The notes below the pieces were generated by a model. That model was not told where the DNA came from. It worked only from the letters and a program-made list of their open reading frames with translations, and ran no database searches. A DNA stretch of 64,000 bases from an uncultured delta proteobacterium (GTDB lineage: Bacteria; Myxococcota_A; Polyangia; Polyangiales; B10-G4): contig CAVSGI010000006.1 in NCBI GenBank assembly GCA_963727445.1, forward strand, positions 256,001-320,000, in the 5' to 3' direction. Below, piece after piece: positions 39,555-48,520 of the stretch. A program made the translations under genes and the position numbers. Each line of letters starts with the position of its first letter. Within the stretch, counting starts at the first letter, position 1.

Positions 39555-40850
39555 ATGTACGCCGAACGCCGCGCGCGCCTTCTGTCGATGATGGGACCCG
39601 GAGTCCTGGTGATCCCCTCGGCTCCCGTCGCCATTCGCAACAACGACGTCGAGCACGCATACCGACAGGATTCGAGCTTCTACTATCTGACCGGCTTCGA
39701 CGAGCCTGAGAGCGTGCTGGTCCTGACCAACCAGCACGCGCAGCACCGGATGGTGCTCTTCGTGCGCAAGCGCGACCCGGAGCGCGAGACCTGGGATGGG
39801 CCGCGCGCGGGGATCGAGGGCGCCAAGAAGCGCTTCGGCGCTGACGCCGCTTTCCACATCGATGAGCTCGCGGACAAGCTCCCCGACTACCTCGAGAACG
39901 TGAAGCGCCTCCACTACCGCGTCGGCCTCGACAGCGCCTTCGATGCGAAGCTCTTCGCCGCCCTCGACGTGGTGCGCCGGCGTGCGCGCGCGAAGAAGAG
40001 CGTGCCGAGCGAGATCGTGGACCCGGCGGTGACCCTCCACGAGCAACGCCTCACCAAGAGCGACGACGAGATCGCCATCATGAAGCGCGCCGCGGCGGTG
40101 ACGCGAGACGCGCATCTGGCGGCCATGCATGTCGCCAAGCCCGGCCGTCACGAATACGAGGTCGAGGCGGAGATGGTGCGCGTCTTCCGCAGGGCGGGAT
40201 GCGAGCGCCCGGCCTACGAGCCGATCGTCGGCTCGGGGCGCAACGCGACGATCCTCCACTACCGAAAGAACGATCGCTTGATGGAGGACGGCGATCTGCT
40301 CCTGATCGACGCTGGCTGCGAGCTCGACTACTACGCCTCCGACGTGACCCGCACCTTTCCGGTGAACGGCAAGTACAGCCCGGAGCAGCGCGCGATCTAC
40401 GACGTGGTCGTCGCTTCGCAGAAGGCGGCGATCGACGCCTGCGTGGTGGGGGCGACAGTGGACGGCGTGCACGACGTCGCGACGAACGTGCTCGTCGACG
40501 GGATGATCGCGCTCGGTCTGCTCTCGGGTGATCGCGAGGCCGTCCTCGCCGAGGGGCTCCACAAGAAGTACTACATGCATCGGACCTCGCACTGGCTCGG
40601 CATGGACGTGCACGACGTCGGCGCTTACTACGAGGACGGAGAGCCCCGGCCGATGAAGGCGGGCTACGTGCTCACGGTGGAGCCCGGGCTGTACGTCGCG
40701 GAGGACGCGGACTGCGACCCGAAGTGGCGCGGCATCGGGATCCGTATCGAAGACGACATCCTGGTCAGCGAGGCAGGCCCCGTGAACCTCACCGAGGACA
40801 TCCCCAAGGATCCCGTCGAGGTGGAGCGCATCCTCGCCGAGCGGCCCTGA
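39555..40850 (+). CDS. pepP: Xaa-Pro aminopeptidase
   Basis: YRQDSSFYYLTG, ILHY, LIDAGCE..YYASDVTRT, HWLGMDVHD, TVEPGLY and GIRIEDD. Confidence 0.95.
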   Translation: MYAERRARLLSMMGPGVLVIPSAPVAIRNNDVEHAYRQDSSFYYLTGFDEPESVLVLTNQHAQHRMVLFVRKRDPERETWDGPRAGIEGAKKRFGADAAFHIDELADKLPDYLENVKRLHYRVGLDSAFDAKLFAALDVVRRRARAKKSVPSEIVDPAVTLHEQRLTKSDDEIAIMKRAAAVTRDAHLAAMHVAKPGRHEYEVEAEMVRVFRRAGCERPAYEPIVGSGRNATILHYRKNDRLMEDGDLLLIDAGCELDYYASDVTRTFPVNGKYSPEQRAIYDVVVASQKAAIDACVVGATVDGVHDVATNVLVDGMIALGLLSGDREAVLAEGLHKKYYMHRTSHWLGMDVHDVGAYYEDGEPRPMKAGYVLTVEPGLYVAEDADCDPKWRGIGIRIEDDILVSEAGPVNLTEDIPKDPVEVERILAERP

Positions 40851-40903
40851 CTCTCATGGGACAGCGCTGGCACGCGGCTGGACTCGGAGTAGAATCCAGC
40901 TGG

Positions 40904-41095
40904 ATGGAGTTTTTGGCGACACAGCGCTGCCACATCTGCGATGCGCCCATCGAGGGCGAGCCTGCAGGCCGGGGATTGCTCGTTTTTCCACGGGGCGACG
41001 ACCTCGAGACGGAAGAGCCGCCGCTCTGCGAGTCCTGCAGCCAGATGCTCGACGTCAGCGCCTACCACCGCTTCTGGCTCTTCAACGCGGACTGA
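40904..41095 (+). CDS. Small putative Zn-binding protein (63 aa)
   Basis: CHIC and CESC pairs. GC3-biased codons. Confidence 0.6.
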   Translation: MEFLATQRCHICDAPIEGEPAGRGLLVFPRGDDLETEEPPLCESCSQMLDVSAYHRFWLFNAD

Positions 41096-41317
41096 GCTTT
41101 CGCTTCACGCCGGCTCGCATTGCGGCTCTGGCCTCCGCTGGCTCCCCGAGAGAGCGAACCTGGGACGACCTTGTCCCACCTTCGCCCACGACCACGCATG
41201 GGAGGGGACGTAGGTGTCCCGCGCTGAATGTAGGTTGCCGTGGTTTTCTCAGCGAATCCGTGCGGATTCCTCGTGGCACGCACCGTGAAAAGGGGTGTGA
41301 GCAGGAGGAACGACACG

Positions 41318-42118
41318 ATGCGACTGGCTCTCACTACCCTGATCATTTCCATTCTGGCCCTGGGCTGTACCTCGGACATTCAGACCCTCGAGTCTGCCCT
41401 GGTCAGCTGCGACTCGCGGGCGGACTCCGCCTGCTTCGACAGCGAGACCTGCACCGCGGTCGAAGGCCGCGACCTCGAGGTCTGCAGCGCCGGCGAGTGC
41501 GGCGGCGAGTTCGAATGCGAAGACGGCTACCTCTGCGTGGACGGGACCTGCGCCCGCGAGCGCACCGACGATGGCGCTGGCGACGGCAGCGGCGAAGGCA
41601 CCGGCGATGGGGCCGGCGACGGTAGCGGCGAAGGCACGGGCGACGGCAGCGGCGAAGGCACCGGCGACGGCAGCGGGGAAGGGGACGGCGGCGGCGCCGA
41701 CGGCTTCTGTCGCGAGACCGCGGCGGCCTGCGAGGCGGGCGACGACGGCGCCTGTGAGACCCACGCGCGCGAGTGCGGCGAAGGCAGCGGCGACGGCACG
41801 GGCGACGGCACGGGCGAAGAGCCCGCGCCCTCGGAGGAGCCCAGCGCCTTCTGCCGCGAGACCGGCTCGGCCTGCGAGGCGGGTGATGAGAGCGCCTGCG
41901 AGACCTATGCGCGCGAGTGCGGGGACGGCGCGGGTGAGCCATCGCCCGAAGAGCCCCCGGCGGAGGAGCCTGCGCCGTCGGAGGAGCCCGCGCCGTCGGA
42001 GGAGCCGACGACCTGCGACATGCTTCGCGCCTCCTGCGAGGCGGGTGACGCCGGGGCCTGCGAGACCGTTGCGCGCGAGTGTGGGGAGGCGCCGGCGCCC
42101 AGCGGCGACGGGGTCTGA
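41318..42118 (+). CDS. Acidic Cys/Gly-rich repeat lipoprotein
   Basis: AGGAGG RBS and lipobox [12 protein letters not shown] repeats, three Cx6Cx7Cx6C modules and EEPAPS repeats. Confidence 0.8.
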   Translation: MRLALTTLIISILALGCTSDIQTLESALVSCDSRADSACFDSETCTAVEGRDLEVCSAGECGGEFECEDGYLCVDGTCARERTDDGAGDGSGEGTGDGAGDGSGEGTGDGSGEGTGDGSGEGDGGGADGFCRETAAACEAGDDGACETHARECGEGSGDGTGDGTGEEPAPSEEPSAFCRETGSACEAGDESACETYARECGDGAGEPSPEEPPAEEPAPSEEPAPSEEPTTCDMLRASCEAGDAGACETVARECGEAPAPSGDGV

Positions 42119-42320
42119 GCCGCCCGCTGCTTGACTCGAACCTGGGCAGCCGCATCGCGCCCCGGAGCCACGAGGCTCCGGGGCGCACGCGTTCGTGGGC
42201 TGTTCGGATCTTGGGGTGAAAGGCTCCAGATCAGGCCCGTGGTCCGGGGACTCGCGTCATCACCTGAACGCGATCATTGGGCTTTTTCGTCGGCCTGGGA
42301 TTCGCAGAAGGAAGCAGACG

Positions 42321-43004
42321 GTGTCTCGCCTCCTCTGTCTGCTCCTCTTCGTCACCAGCGCCTGCGCGCAGGGCTCGACGGTGCCGTTTCAGCAGGTCGA
42401 GGGCACGGGGCGAGCGGCGGACGCAGGCATCGAGGAGGACGGCGCCCTCGAGTACGAGCCCGATGGAGGCGGCAGCGGCTACATCGGGATCGGTGATGGC
42501 GGGGAGGACAGCGGTGCGAGCGGAGACGCGGCCCCAGCCTGTGTGGCGGCCACGGAGGTTTGCAATGGCATCGACGACGATTGCGACGGCGCGGTGGACG
42601 ACGGCGGCGTCTGTCCCTGCGATGTCGCCGAGCGTGACGGCCACGCGTATCTCTTCTGCTCGGACGAGCTCTCCTGGACGGCGGCGCGGATGCGCTGCCA
42701 GACCTACGGCTACGATCTGGCGGTCGTCGAGAACGCGGAGGACGACGCCTTCGTCTACGGCCAGATCTCGGCCCGCACGTTCGCCGACACCTGGATCGGC
42801 ATGAACGACACCGCCACCGAAGGCACCTGGGTGTGGATCGACGGAACGCCCTTCGTCTACACCGGCTGGGACGACGGCGAGCCCAACAACGGCGGCACCA
42901 GCGGCGAGGACTGCGGCGTGATCATGACCCGCGAAGGCCGCGAGACGAAGTGGGACGACCGCGACTGTCCCAGCACCCGACCCTTCGTCTGCGAGACGCT
43001 GTAG
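42321..43004 (+). CDS. C-type lectin domain lipoprotein with an EVCNGIDDDCDG motif
   Basis: Lipobox TSAC. WIGMND, WVWIDG, W..GEPNN..EDC and WDDRDC...FVCE. Confidence 0.88.
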   Translation: MSRLLCLLLFVTSACAQGSTVPFQQVEGTGRAADAGIEEDGALEYEPDGGGSGYIGIGDGGEDSGASGDAAPACVAATEVCNGIDDDCDGAVDDGGVCPCDVAERDGHAYLFCSDELSWTAARMRCQTYGYDLAVVENAEDDAFVYGQISARTFADTWIGMNDTATEGTWVWIDGTPFVYTGWDDGEPNNGGTSGEDCGVIMTREGRETKWDDRDCPSTRPFVCETL

Positions 43005-43321
43005 GGGGGGCGTGGGTCTTGCCGAGGGGGTGGCCGGGGGGCGGTATGCTCGTTTCGCTTCGCTCACTCAGTTTGATGATGGGTGGTGGCGTGCGCGCGT
43101 TTCGCTGCGCTCACGCGCTTGCGGGGACGCAGGAGCGGGGGGCCGGAGAGGTTTAATTGTAGTCGGGGCTCCGCCCCAACACCCCGGGGGGACAAGCCCC
43201 CCCTGTCGCCTCGCGCTTCGCGCTCGGCTCTCACGTCTGCCCGCCCGGTGTGGAACAGATGGGCTCGCCATACTCATTGGCAATGATCTGATGGTCTGCG
43301 GGCAGCGTTCGGCCCCCCCCT

Positions 43322-43560
43322 CGGCGCCTGCGGCGCCGGGTCGCGGCCTTTCGGCCGCTCCGCTCCTGCCCGGGTAGCCTGGACAGGGGACCAACGGGGA
43401 CGGTCTACACTTTTCAACTTTCGGCTGGGCCGCGCGCATGCGGATGGAACCCGGGCGCGCGTGGCGAAAGTTGAAAAGTGTAGACCGTCCCCATCAAGCG
43501 GTCGGCGCCTGGGGCGCCGGGTCGCGGCGCTCCGCTCCTGCCCGGGTGGCCTGGACAGAG
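43322..43560. repeat. Composite intergenic repeat: direct repeat, 28-bp perfect inverted repeat pair, direct repeat
   Basis: GGGGACGGTCTACACTTTTCAACTTTCG (43396-43423) and its exact reverse complement (43465-43492). Flanked by similar units of about 60 bp at 43322-43387 and 43503-43558. Confidence 0.85.
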
Positions 43561-43667
43561 TGGAGCGTTGCGAAGCAACGCCGCCCGCCGAGGTCCCCGG
43601 CCATTCAGAGATGGACCCTCTGGTCAGTCTCAAACACAGCTAACGGGCAGACGTGCGACCCGCGCGA

Positions 43668-44498
43668 TCACCCGCGCGCCCGCACCTCGATCATCTTGGC
43701 TACGCCAAATCCAACCATCTCCGGCGCCTCCACTCCGACTTCGTCCCGCCAGAAGGCCTCGTCACGAAACAGCTCCACCGTCGCGCGGAGGTGCCCGTCC
43801 TGGCTGAACAGCGCGCCGCCTTCGCGCATGCGCGGGAAGAGCGTGCGGACGCAGGTGCGAGTCGAGGCGATCAGATCGACGTCGAGGAGGGCGACGTCGA
43901 CGTGTCCTTCGAAGCGGGGGAGGGTGTCGTCGAAGAGGCCCTTTTCGAAGGTGCAGACGTCGGGCGCGCCGTAGGTCGCGACGCGGCGCTTCACGGCGCC
44001 GAGGCGGCCGCGGAAGGCGCCCTTTTCGAAGGTCAGCGCGCGGCCGTCCAGGAGCTCGTGCCGCTCGTCGTTCTCGGGGATGCCGCGGAAGGTGTCGAAG
44101 ACGAAGAGACGGCCGCCGGCGAGCTTCGTCACCAGGCTCAGCTTCGCGGTGCTGGCGCCCGAGCCAGCGCCTGCTTCGACGACGATCAGATCGTCGCGGT
44201 CCGCGAGTCGCAAGATGCGGTCGGCGACCGTGAGCAGCTCCGCCAGCGTGTGGTAGCCGCGGACGTGATTCGTGACGTGCACGAAGTCCCGGAGCAGCCG
44301 AAGACGCGTCCCCAGGCTCAGCGCGATGGGGTAGGGCTCCGTCAGAAACGAGAGCACGGCCGCGCGGTCCCGCGTCGCGACGAAGCGCAGCGACTGGAGC
44401 TTGCGGTACGGCGTGCCCGGTCCCTTGCGCACCCACCGCCGCTCGTTCTTCCAGCGAGCCGCGTCCGGCGCCTCGCCCATGCGGACCCCGTAGGTCAC
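43668..44498 (-). CDS. TylF/MycF/NovP-like O-methyltransferase
   Basis: VVEAGAGSGAS, FVFDTFRGIPE, KGLFDDTLP and LLDVDL. Confidence 0.78.
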   Translation of the reverse strand: MTYGVRMGEAPDAARWKNERRWVRKGPGTPYRKLQSLRFVATRDRAAVLSFLTEPYPIALSLGTRLRLLRDFVHVTNHVRGYHTLAELLTVADRILRLADRDDLIVVEAGAGSGASTAKLSLVTKLAGGRLFVFDTFRGIPENDERHELLDGRALTFEKGAFRGRLGAVKRRVATYGAPDVCTFEKGLFDDTLPRFEGHVDVALLDVDLIASTRTCVRTLFPRMREGGALFSQDGHLRATVELFRDEAFWRDEVGVEAPEMVGFGVAKMIEVRARG

Positions 44499-44501
44499 GG
44501 C

Positions 44502-44888
44502 TCAATCGAGGACGTGCTTTTCGAGCACGAACGCGACCATCGTGCCCGCGAGCACCTCGCGTTCGCCGACTTTGGCGCTCACGCTCAGGACGCGCTTCTT
44601 GCCCTTTTCTTCGGTGACCTCGGCGGAGGCGATCACCTCGTCGCCCACCTTCACCGGCGCGACGAAGCGCACGTCGGCGCTGCCCAGCACGACGTGCGGG
44701 TCGTTCACCGCGAGCATCGCCGCGTGATCGGCGAGGCCGAAGACGAAGCCGCCGTGCACGAGACCTCTGTCATCCGTGCTCATCACGTCGGTCGCGACGA
44801 AGCGCGCCGTCGCCTTGCCCGGCGAGAGCGCCAACGGCGCGCCAGAGAGCCCGCGGTCGATCTTGGGGTGCGTGTTGGGCTCGCTCAC
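44502..44888 (-). CDS. PaaI/hotdog-fold thioesterase
   Basis: GLVHGGFVFGLADHAAMLAVN and RFVAPVKVGD. The GTG start overlaps the upstream stop. Confidence 0.88.
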   Translation of the reverse strand: MSEPNTHPKIDRGLSGAPLALSPGKATARFVATDVMSTDDRGLVHGGFVFGLADHAAMLAVNDPHVVLGSADVRFVAPVKVGDEVIASAEVTEEKGKKRVLSVSAKVGEREVLAGTMVAFVLEKHVLD

Positions 44889-46684
44889 TTCTTCCTCCCT
44901 TCGGCGCTGCTCACCGCGGCTTCGGGCTCCATTGCGCCCGACTTGAAGCGACCCCAATAGTCGTTCAGCGCGTCGCCGACCTTGTTCGACAAGAAGTAGA
45001 GACCGAGGATGTTCGGGAAGGCCATGCCGAGCACCATCAGGTCGCTGAAGGTGATCACGTTGTCGATGTTCAGGATCGTGCCCAGCACCGCGAACACCAG
45101 GAAGATGACGCGGTAGATGGTGCTCATGCGCGAGCTGGTCCCGAACAGATACGTCCAGCAGCGCTCGCCGTAGTAGCTCCAGCTGAGCATCGTGGAGAAG
45201 GCGAAGAAGAAGGCCGCCGGCGTGAGGACCCAGCTGAAGCCCGGGATCACGGAGTCGAAGGCGTACTTCGTCATCTCCACGTCGCCGAGAGGCGTGCCGT
45301 CCGCGCCGACCTGCTCGTAGGCGTCGGTGATCACCAGCACCAGGCCGGTCATGGTGCAGATCACGATGGTGTCGATGAAGGGCTCGAGGAGGGCGACGAT
45401 GCCCTCGCGCACCGGCTCGTCCGTGGCGGCCGCGCTGTGGGCGATCGACGCCGAGCCGATGCCCGCCTCGTTCGAGAAGGCCGCGCGGCGGAAGCCCTGC
45501 ACCAGCACGCCCAACATGCCGCCGAAGCCCGCCTCCGGCGTGAAGGCTTCGCCGACGATCTTGCCGAAGGCGGAAGGTATCTCCCCCGCGTTCACCGCGA
45601 GGACGACGATGCCCGCGAGCACGTAGACCACGCACATGACGGGAACGATGTAGCCAGCGACCGCGCCGATGCGCTTGATGCCGCCGATGATCACCACCCC
45701 GACCAGGATCGCCAGGATGATCCCGTAGAGCAGCATCGCGAAGTCCTTCACCGCGACCGACTCGACGTTCATCGCTTCGAGCGTCTGGCCTACCACGAGC
45801 TTCGCCGACTGGTTCGCCTGGAACATGTTGCCGCCGCCAAAGCTGCCGCCGCAGCACATCAGCGCGAAGATCACCGCGAGACCCTTTCCGAGCGGGCCCT
45901 TCTTCAGCTCGGCGAGGCCGCGGCCGAGGTACTGCATCGGTCCGCCCGATACGCGCCCAGATGGATCGACCTGCCGGTAGATCTGCCCGAGGGTGCACTC
46001 GGTGAACTTCGAGCTCATGCCGAGGAAGCCCGCCATCACCATCCAGAAGACCGCGCCGGGTCCGCCGGCGAAGACCGCGACCGCGACGCCCGCGATGTTG
46101 CCGAGGCCGACCGTGGCCGACAGCGCGCTCGACAGCGCCTGGAAGTGGCTCACCTCGCCGGGGTCGTCCTCATCGTCGTACTTGCCGCGCGTGACGTGGA
46201 TCGCGTGGACGAATGCGCGCAGGTTGATGAAGCGGTAGCGCAGCGTGAAGAAGAGGGCGCCGACCACGAGCCAAAGGACGATCACCGGCACCGAGACCCC
46301 GGACAGAACGTCGTGGCACTTCTTCGAGCTCATCCCGCTCTCGGTGCAGAGGGTGGCGCGCGCGTCCGTGTCGGCGGCGACCAGGGCGTCGGCGTCCTCG
46401 GCGGACATGCCCGCGCTCCGGGCCCGACTCCGGATCGCGTCGTCCGAGGTGTCCCAGAAGACGACGTCGAAGAAGAAGATGGTGGCCAGGGGGCTCACGA
46501 CCCAGTCGGCGACGAACCCATCGACGGGGGCGAGGGTCTCGTTCACCGCGGCGACGAAGCCCTTCTGCTCGGGGGCGGCCTGGTCGGCTCGTTGGGCCTG
46601 ATCCTGGCCCTCTTGGCCCTCTTCCTGTGCCTGGGCGGGCAGGCTCACGGCCAGGACCGCGGCCATCGCCAACAGGTATCCCAT
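44885..46684 (-). CDS. Alanine/glycine:cation symporter (AGCS family)
   Basis: SHFQALSSALSATVGLGNIAGVA, GGPGAVFWM, FSNEAGIGSA and EPFIDT. Extended N-terminus. Confidence 0.93.
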   Translation of the reverse strand: MGYLLAMAAVLAVSLPAQAQEEGQEGQDQAQRADQAAPEQKGFVAAVNETLAPVDGFVADWVVSPLATIFFFDVVFWDTSDDAIRSRARSAGMSAEDADALVAADTDARATLCTESGMSSKKCHDVLSGVSVPVIVLWLVVGALFFTLRYRFINLRAFVHAIHVTRGKYDDEDDPGEVSHFQALSSALSATVGLGNIAGVAVAVFAGGPGAVFWMVMAGFLGMSSKFTECTLGQIYRQVDPSGRVSGGPMQYLGRGLAELKKGPLGKGLAVIFALMCCGGSFGGGNMFQANQSAKLVVGQTLEAMNVESVAVKDFAMLLYGIILAILVGVVIIGGIKRIGAVAGYIVPVMCVVYVLAGIVVLAVNAGEIPSAFGKIVGEAFTPEAGFGGMLGVLVQGFRRAAFSNEAGIGSASIAHSAAATDEPVREGIVALLEPFIDTIVICTMTGLVLVITDAYEQVGADGTPLGDVEMTKYAFDSVIPGFSWVLTPAAFFFAFSTMLSWSYYGERCWTYLFGTSSRMSTIYRVIFLVFAVLGTILNIDNVITFSDLMVLGMAFPNILGLYFLSNKVGDALNDYWGRFKSGAMEPEAAVSSAEGRKK

Positions 46685-46796
46685 GGGCTCCCCGATCCCG
46701 GCTGCACGACGTCTCCTCATGGGCTGCCCCTCCAAAGCGGCGGGACTATGGCAAAAATGGGCCGGCGGGGCCACCCCGCTCCCCAGCCGGCCACGA

Positions 46797-46825
46797 TTGA
46801 CAGAAAACGGAGGCGCGACTAGAAA
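46797..46825 (+). promoter_or_regulatory. Candidate sigma70-type promoter for the nuo cluster
   Basis: TTGACA-17 bp-TAGAAA, about 65 bp upstream of nuoA. Confidence 0.5.
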
Positions 46826-46890
46826 CCGCAAGCAATCCGCGGGAAATTGCCGTGCCGCGCGCGGTGACGCGGGTCTGGAGCCAATCCTCG

Positions 46891-47250
46891 ATGACCTCGG
46901 TCTATCTGCCCGTCTTCCTCATGCTCCTCGTCGCCGTGGTTTTGGCGATGGCGATCTTCACAGCCACCAGCGTCTTCGGTCCGAAGGCGCCCTCGGACGC
47001 CAAGAACGAGCCGTATGAAAGCGGCTCGGAGACACGCGGCGGCCGATACGTACGGCCCAGCGTGAAGTTCTATCTGACCGCCATTCTCTTCGTCGTCTTC
47101 GACATCGAGGCGGTCTTTCTCTATCCGTGGGCGGGGATGTTCCGCGACCTCGGATGGTTCGGTCTGGTCGAGATGTTCGCCTTCCTGGCGATCCTCGGCA
47201 TCACGCTGGTCTACGCCTGGCGGAAGGGAGCCCTCGAATGGGAGAAGTAG
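46891..47250 (+). CDS. nuoA: NADH-quinone oxidoreductase subunit A
   Basis: PYESG, KFYLTAILFVVFDIEAVFLYPWA and KGALEW. Confidence 0.96.
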   Translation: MTSVYLPVFLMLLVAVVLAMAIFTATSVFGPKAPSDAKNEPYESGSETRGGRYVRPSVKFYLTAILFVVFDIEAVFLYPWAGMFRDLGWFGLVEMFAFLAILGITLVYAWRKGALEWEK

Positions 47251-47810
47251 TGAAATTCGGCGAGGAGGGCTTCTTCACCACGAAGCTCGAGTCGCTCCTC
47301 GCGTGGGCGCGCAAGTACTCCCTCTTCCAGTATCCGTTCGCGACCGCGTGCTGCGGCATGGAGTTCTTCGCCGTCGCGGCGCCCCGCTACGACATCGCCC
47401 GCTTCGGCGCCGAGGCCCCGCGCTTCACGCCGCGCCAGGCCGACATCCTCTGGGTGGTGGGCACCATCAGCCAGCGGCAGGCCCCCGTGCTCAAGCGCAT
47501 CTACGACCAGATGACCGAGCCCAAGTGGGTCATCGCCTTCGGCACCTGCGCGAGCTGCGGCGGGTTCTACGACAACTACACGACGGTTCCCGGGGCGGAC
47601 AAGGTCATCCCCGTCGACGTCTACATCCCCGGCTGCCCACCTCGCCCCGAGGCGGTCCTCGATGGCCTGATGCTCCTTCAGGAGAAGATCACCAAGGGCG
47701 CCGCCGGCAACAAGGAGCCCATCGTCGTTCCACCCCGGGAGATCCCGCAGCTCCTGCAGATCCGGGCGAGCAAGGACGACCACTCGGGAGGCGCGCACGG
47801 CCATGAGTAA
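47238..47810 (+). CDS. nuoB: NADH-quinone oxidoreductase subunit B
   Basis: [20 protein letters not shown] and [12 protein letters not shown]. Confidence 0.96.
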   Translation: MGEVVKFGEEGFFTTKLESLLAWARKYSLFQYPFATACCGMEFFAVAAPRYDIARFGAEAPRFTPRQADILWVVGTISQRQAPVLKRIYDQMTEPKWVIAFGTCASCGGFYDNYTTVPGADKVIPVDVYIPGCPPRPEAVLDGLMLLQEKITKGAAGNKEPIVVPPREIPQLLQIRASKDDHSGGAHGHE

Positions 47811-48516
47811 GAAGGTCATCGACAAGCTCGCGTCGGAGCTCGGAGGCGCGGTGCTCGAGACGAGCCACTTCCGTGGTGACGACGTCGCCTGGGTCGCGCC
47901 GAAGGACTGGGTCGTCGCCGCGACCACGCTCCGTGATCACGCCGACATGCAGATGAAACAGTTCATCGATCTGACCGCGGTCGACTACCCCGAGCGCGAG
48001 CCCGAGGAGCCGCGCTTCGAGGTGGTGTTGATGGTTCGCTCCCAAGAGAAGAACCAGCGCGCGATCCTCAAGACGAAGGTCGCCGACGGCAAGAGCGTGC
48101 CGACGCTGACCGGCGTGTGGCGCGGCGCGGACTGGGCCGAGCGCGAGGTCTACGACATGTTCGGGATCTCCTTCGAGGGGCACCCCGACATGCGCCGCAT
48201 CCTGATGTACGAGGAGTTCGAGGGATACCCGCTGCGCAAGGACTATCCGATCGAGCGGACCCAGCCGCTGGTCCCCTACCGCGAGGTGGAGGGCATCGTG
48301 AAGCTTCCGCCCTTCGGTCTCGACGAGGGCCAGCCCTTCGGGCGCATCGACTGGCAGAGGCGCCTCGCGGACCGGGACGACCAGGTCTCGCCGGCCATCG
48401 CCCTTCAGACCGGCCAGCGCCGAACGCTCAGCGACTCGGAGATCGCCGAGAGCGAGCAGTTGGACATGCAGAAGACCCTCGTGGGAGGCACCTCCCCTGC
48501 AGGCGAGGGAGGCTGA
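47803..48516 (+). CDS. nuoC: NADH-quinone oxidoreductase subunit C
   Basis: [30 protein letters not shown] and PLRKDYP. Confidence 0.95.
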   Translation: MSKKVIDKLASELGGAVLETSHFRGDDVAWVAPKDWVVAATTLRDHADMQMKQFIDLTAVDYPEREPEEPRFEVVLMVRSQEKNQRAILKTKVADGKSVPTLTGVWRGADWAEREVYDMFGISFEGHPDMRRILMYEEFEGYPLRKDYPIERTQPLVPYREVEGIVKLPPFGLDEGQPFGRIDWQRRLADRDDQVSPAIALQTGQRRTLSDSEIAESEQLDMQKTLVGGTSPAGEGG

Positions 48517-48520
48517 GCCA

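Noticed and set aside
41274..41290. Sigma54 promoter (TGGCACG) upstream of the Cys-rich lipoprotein; also at about 40868
   Set aside because: The -24 box matches but the -12 position reads GA rather than GC in both cases, which is too weak to call.
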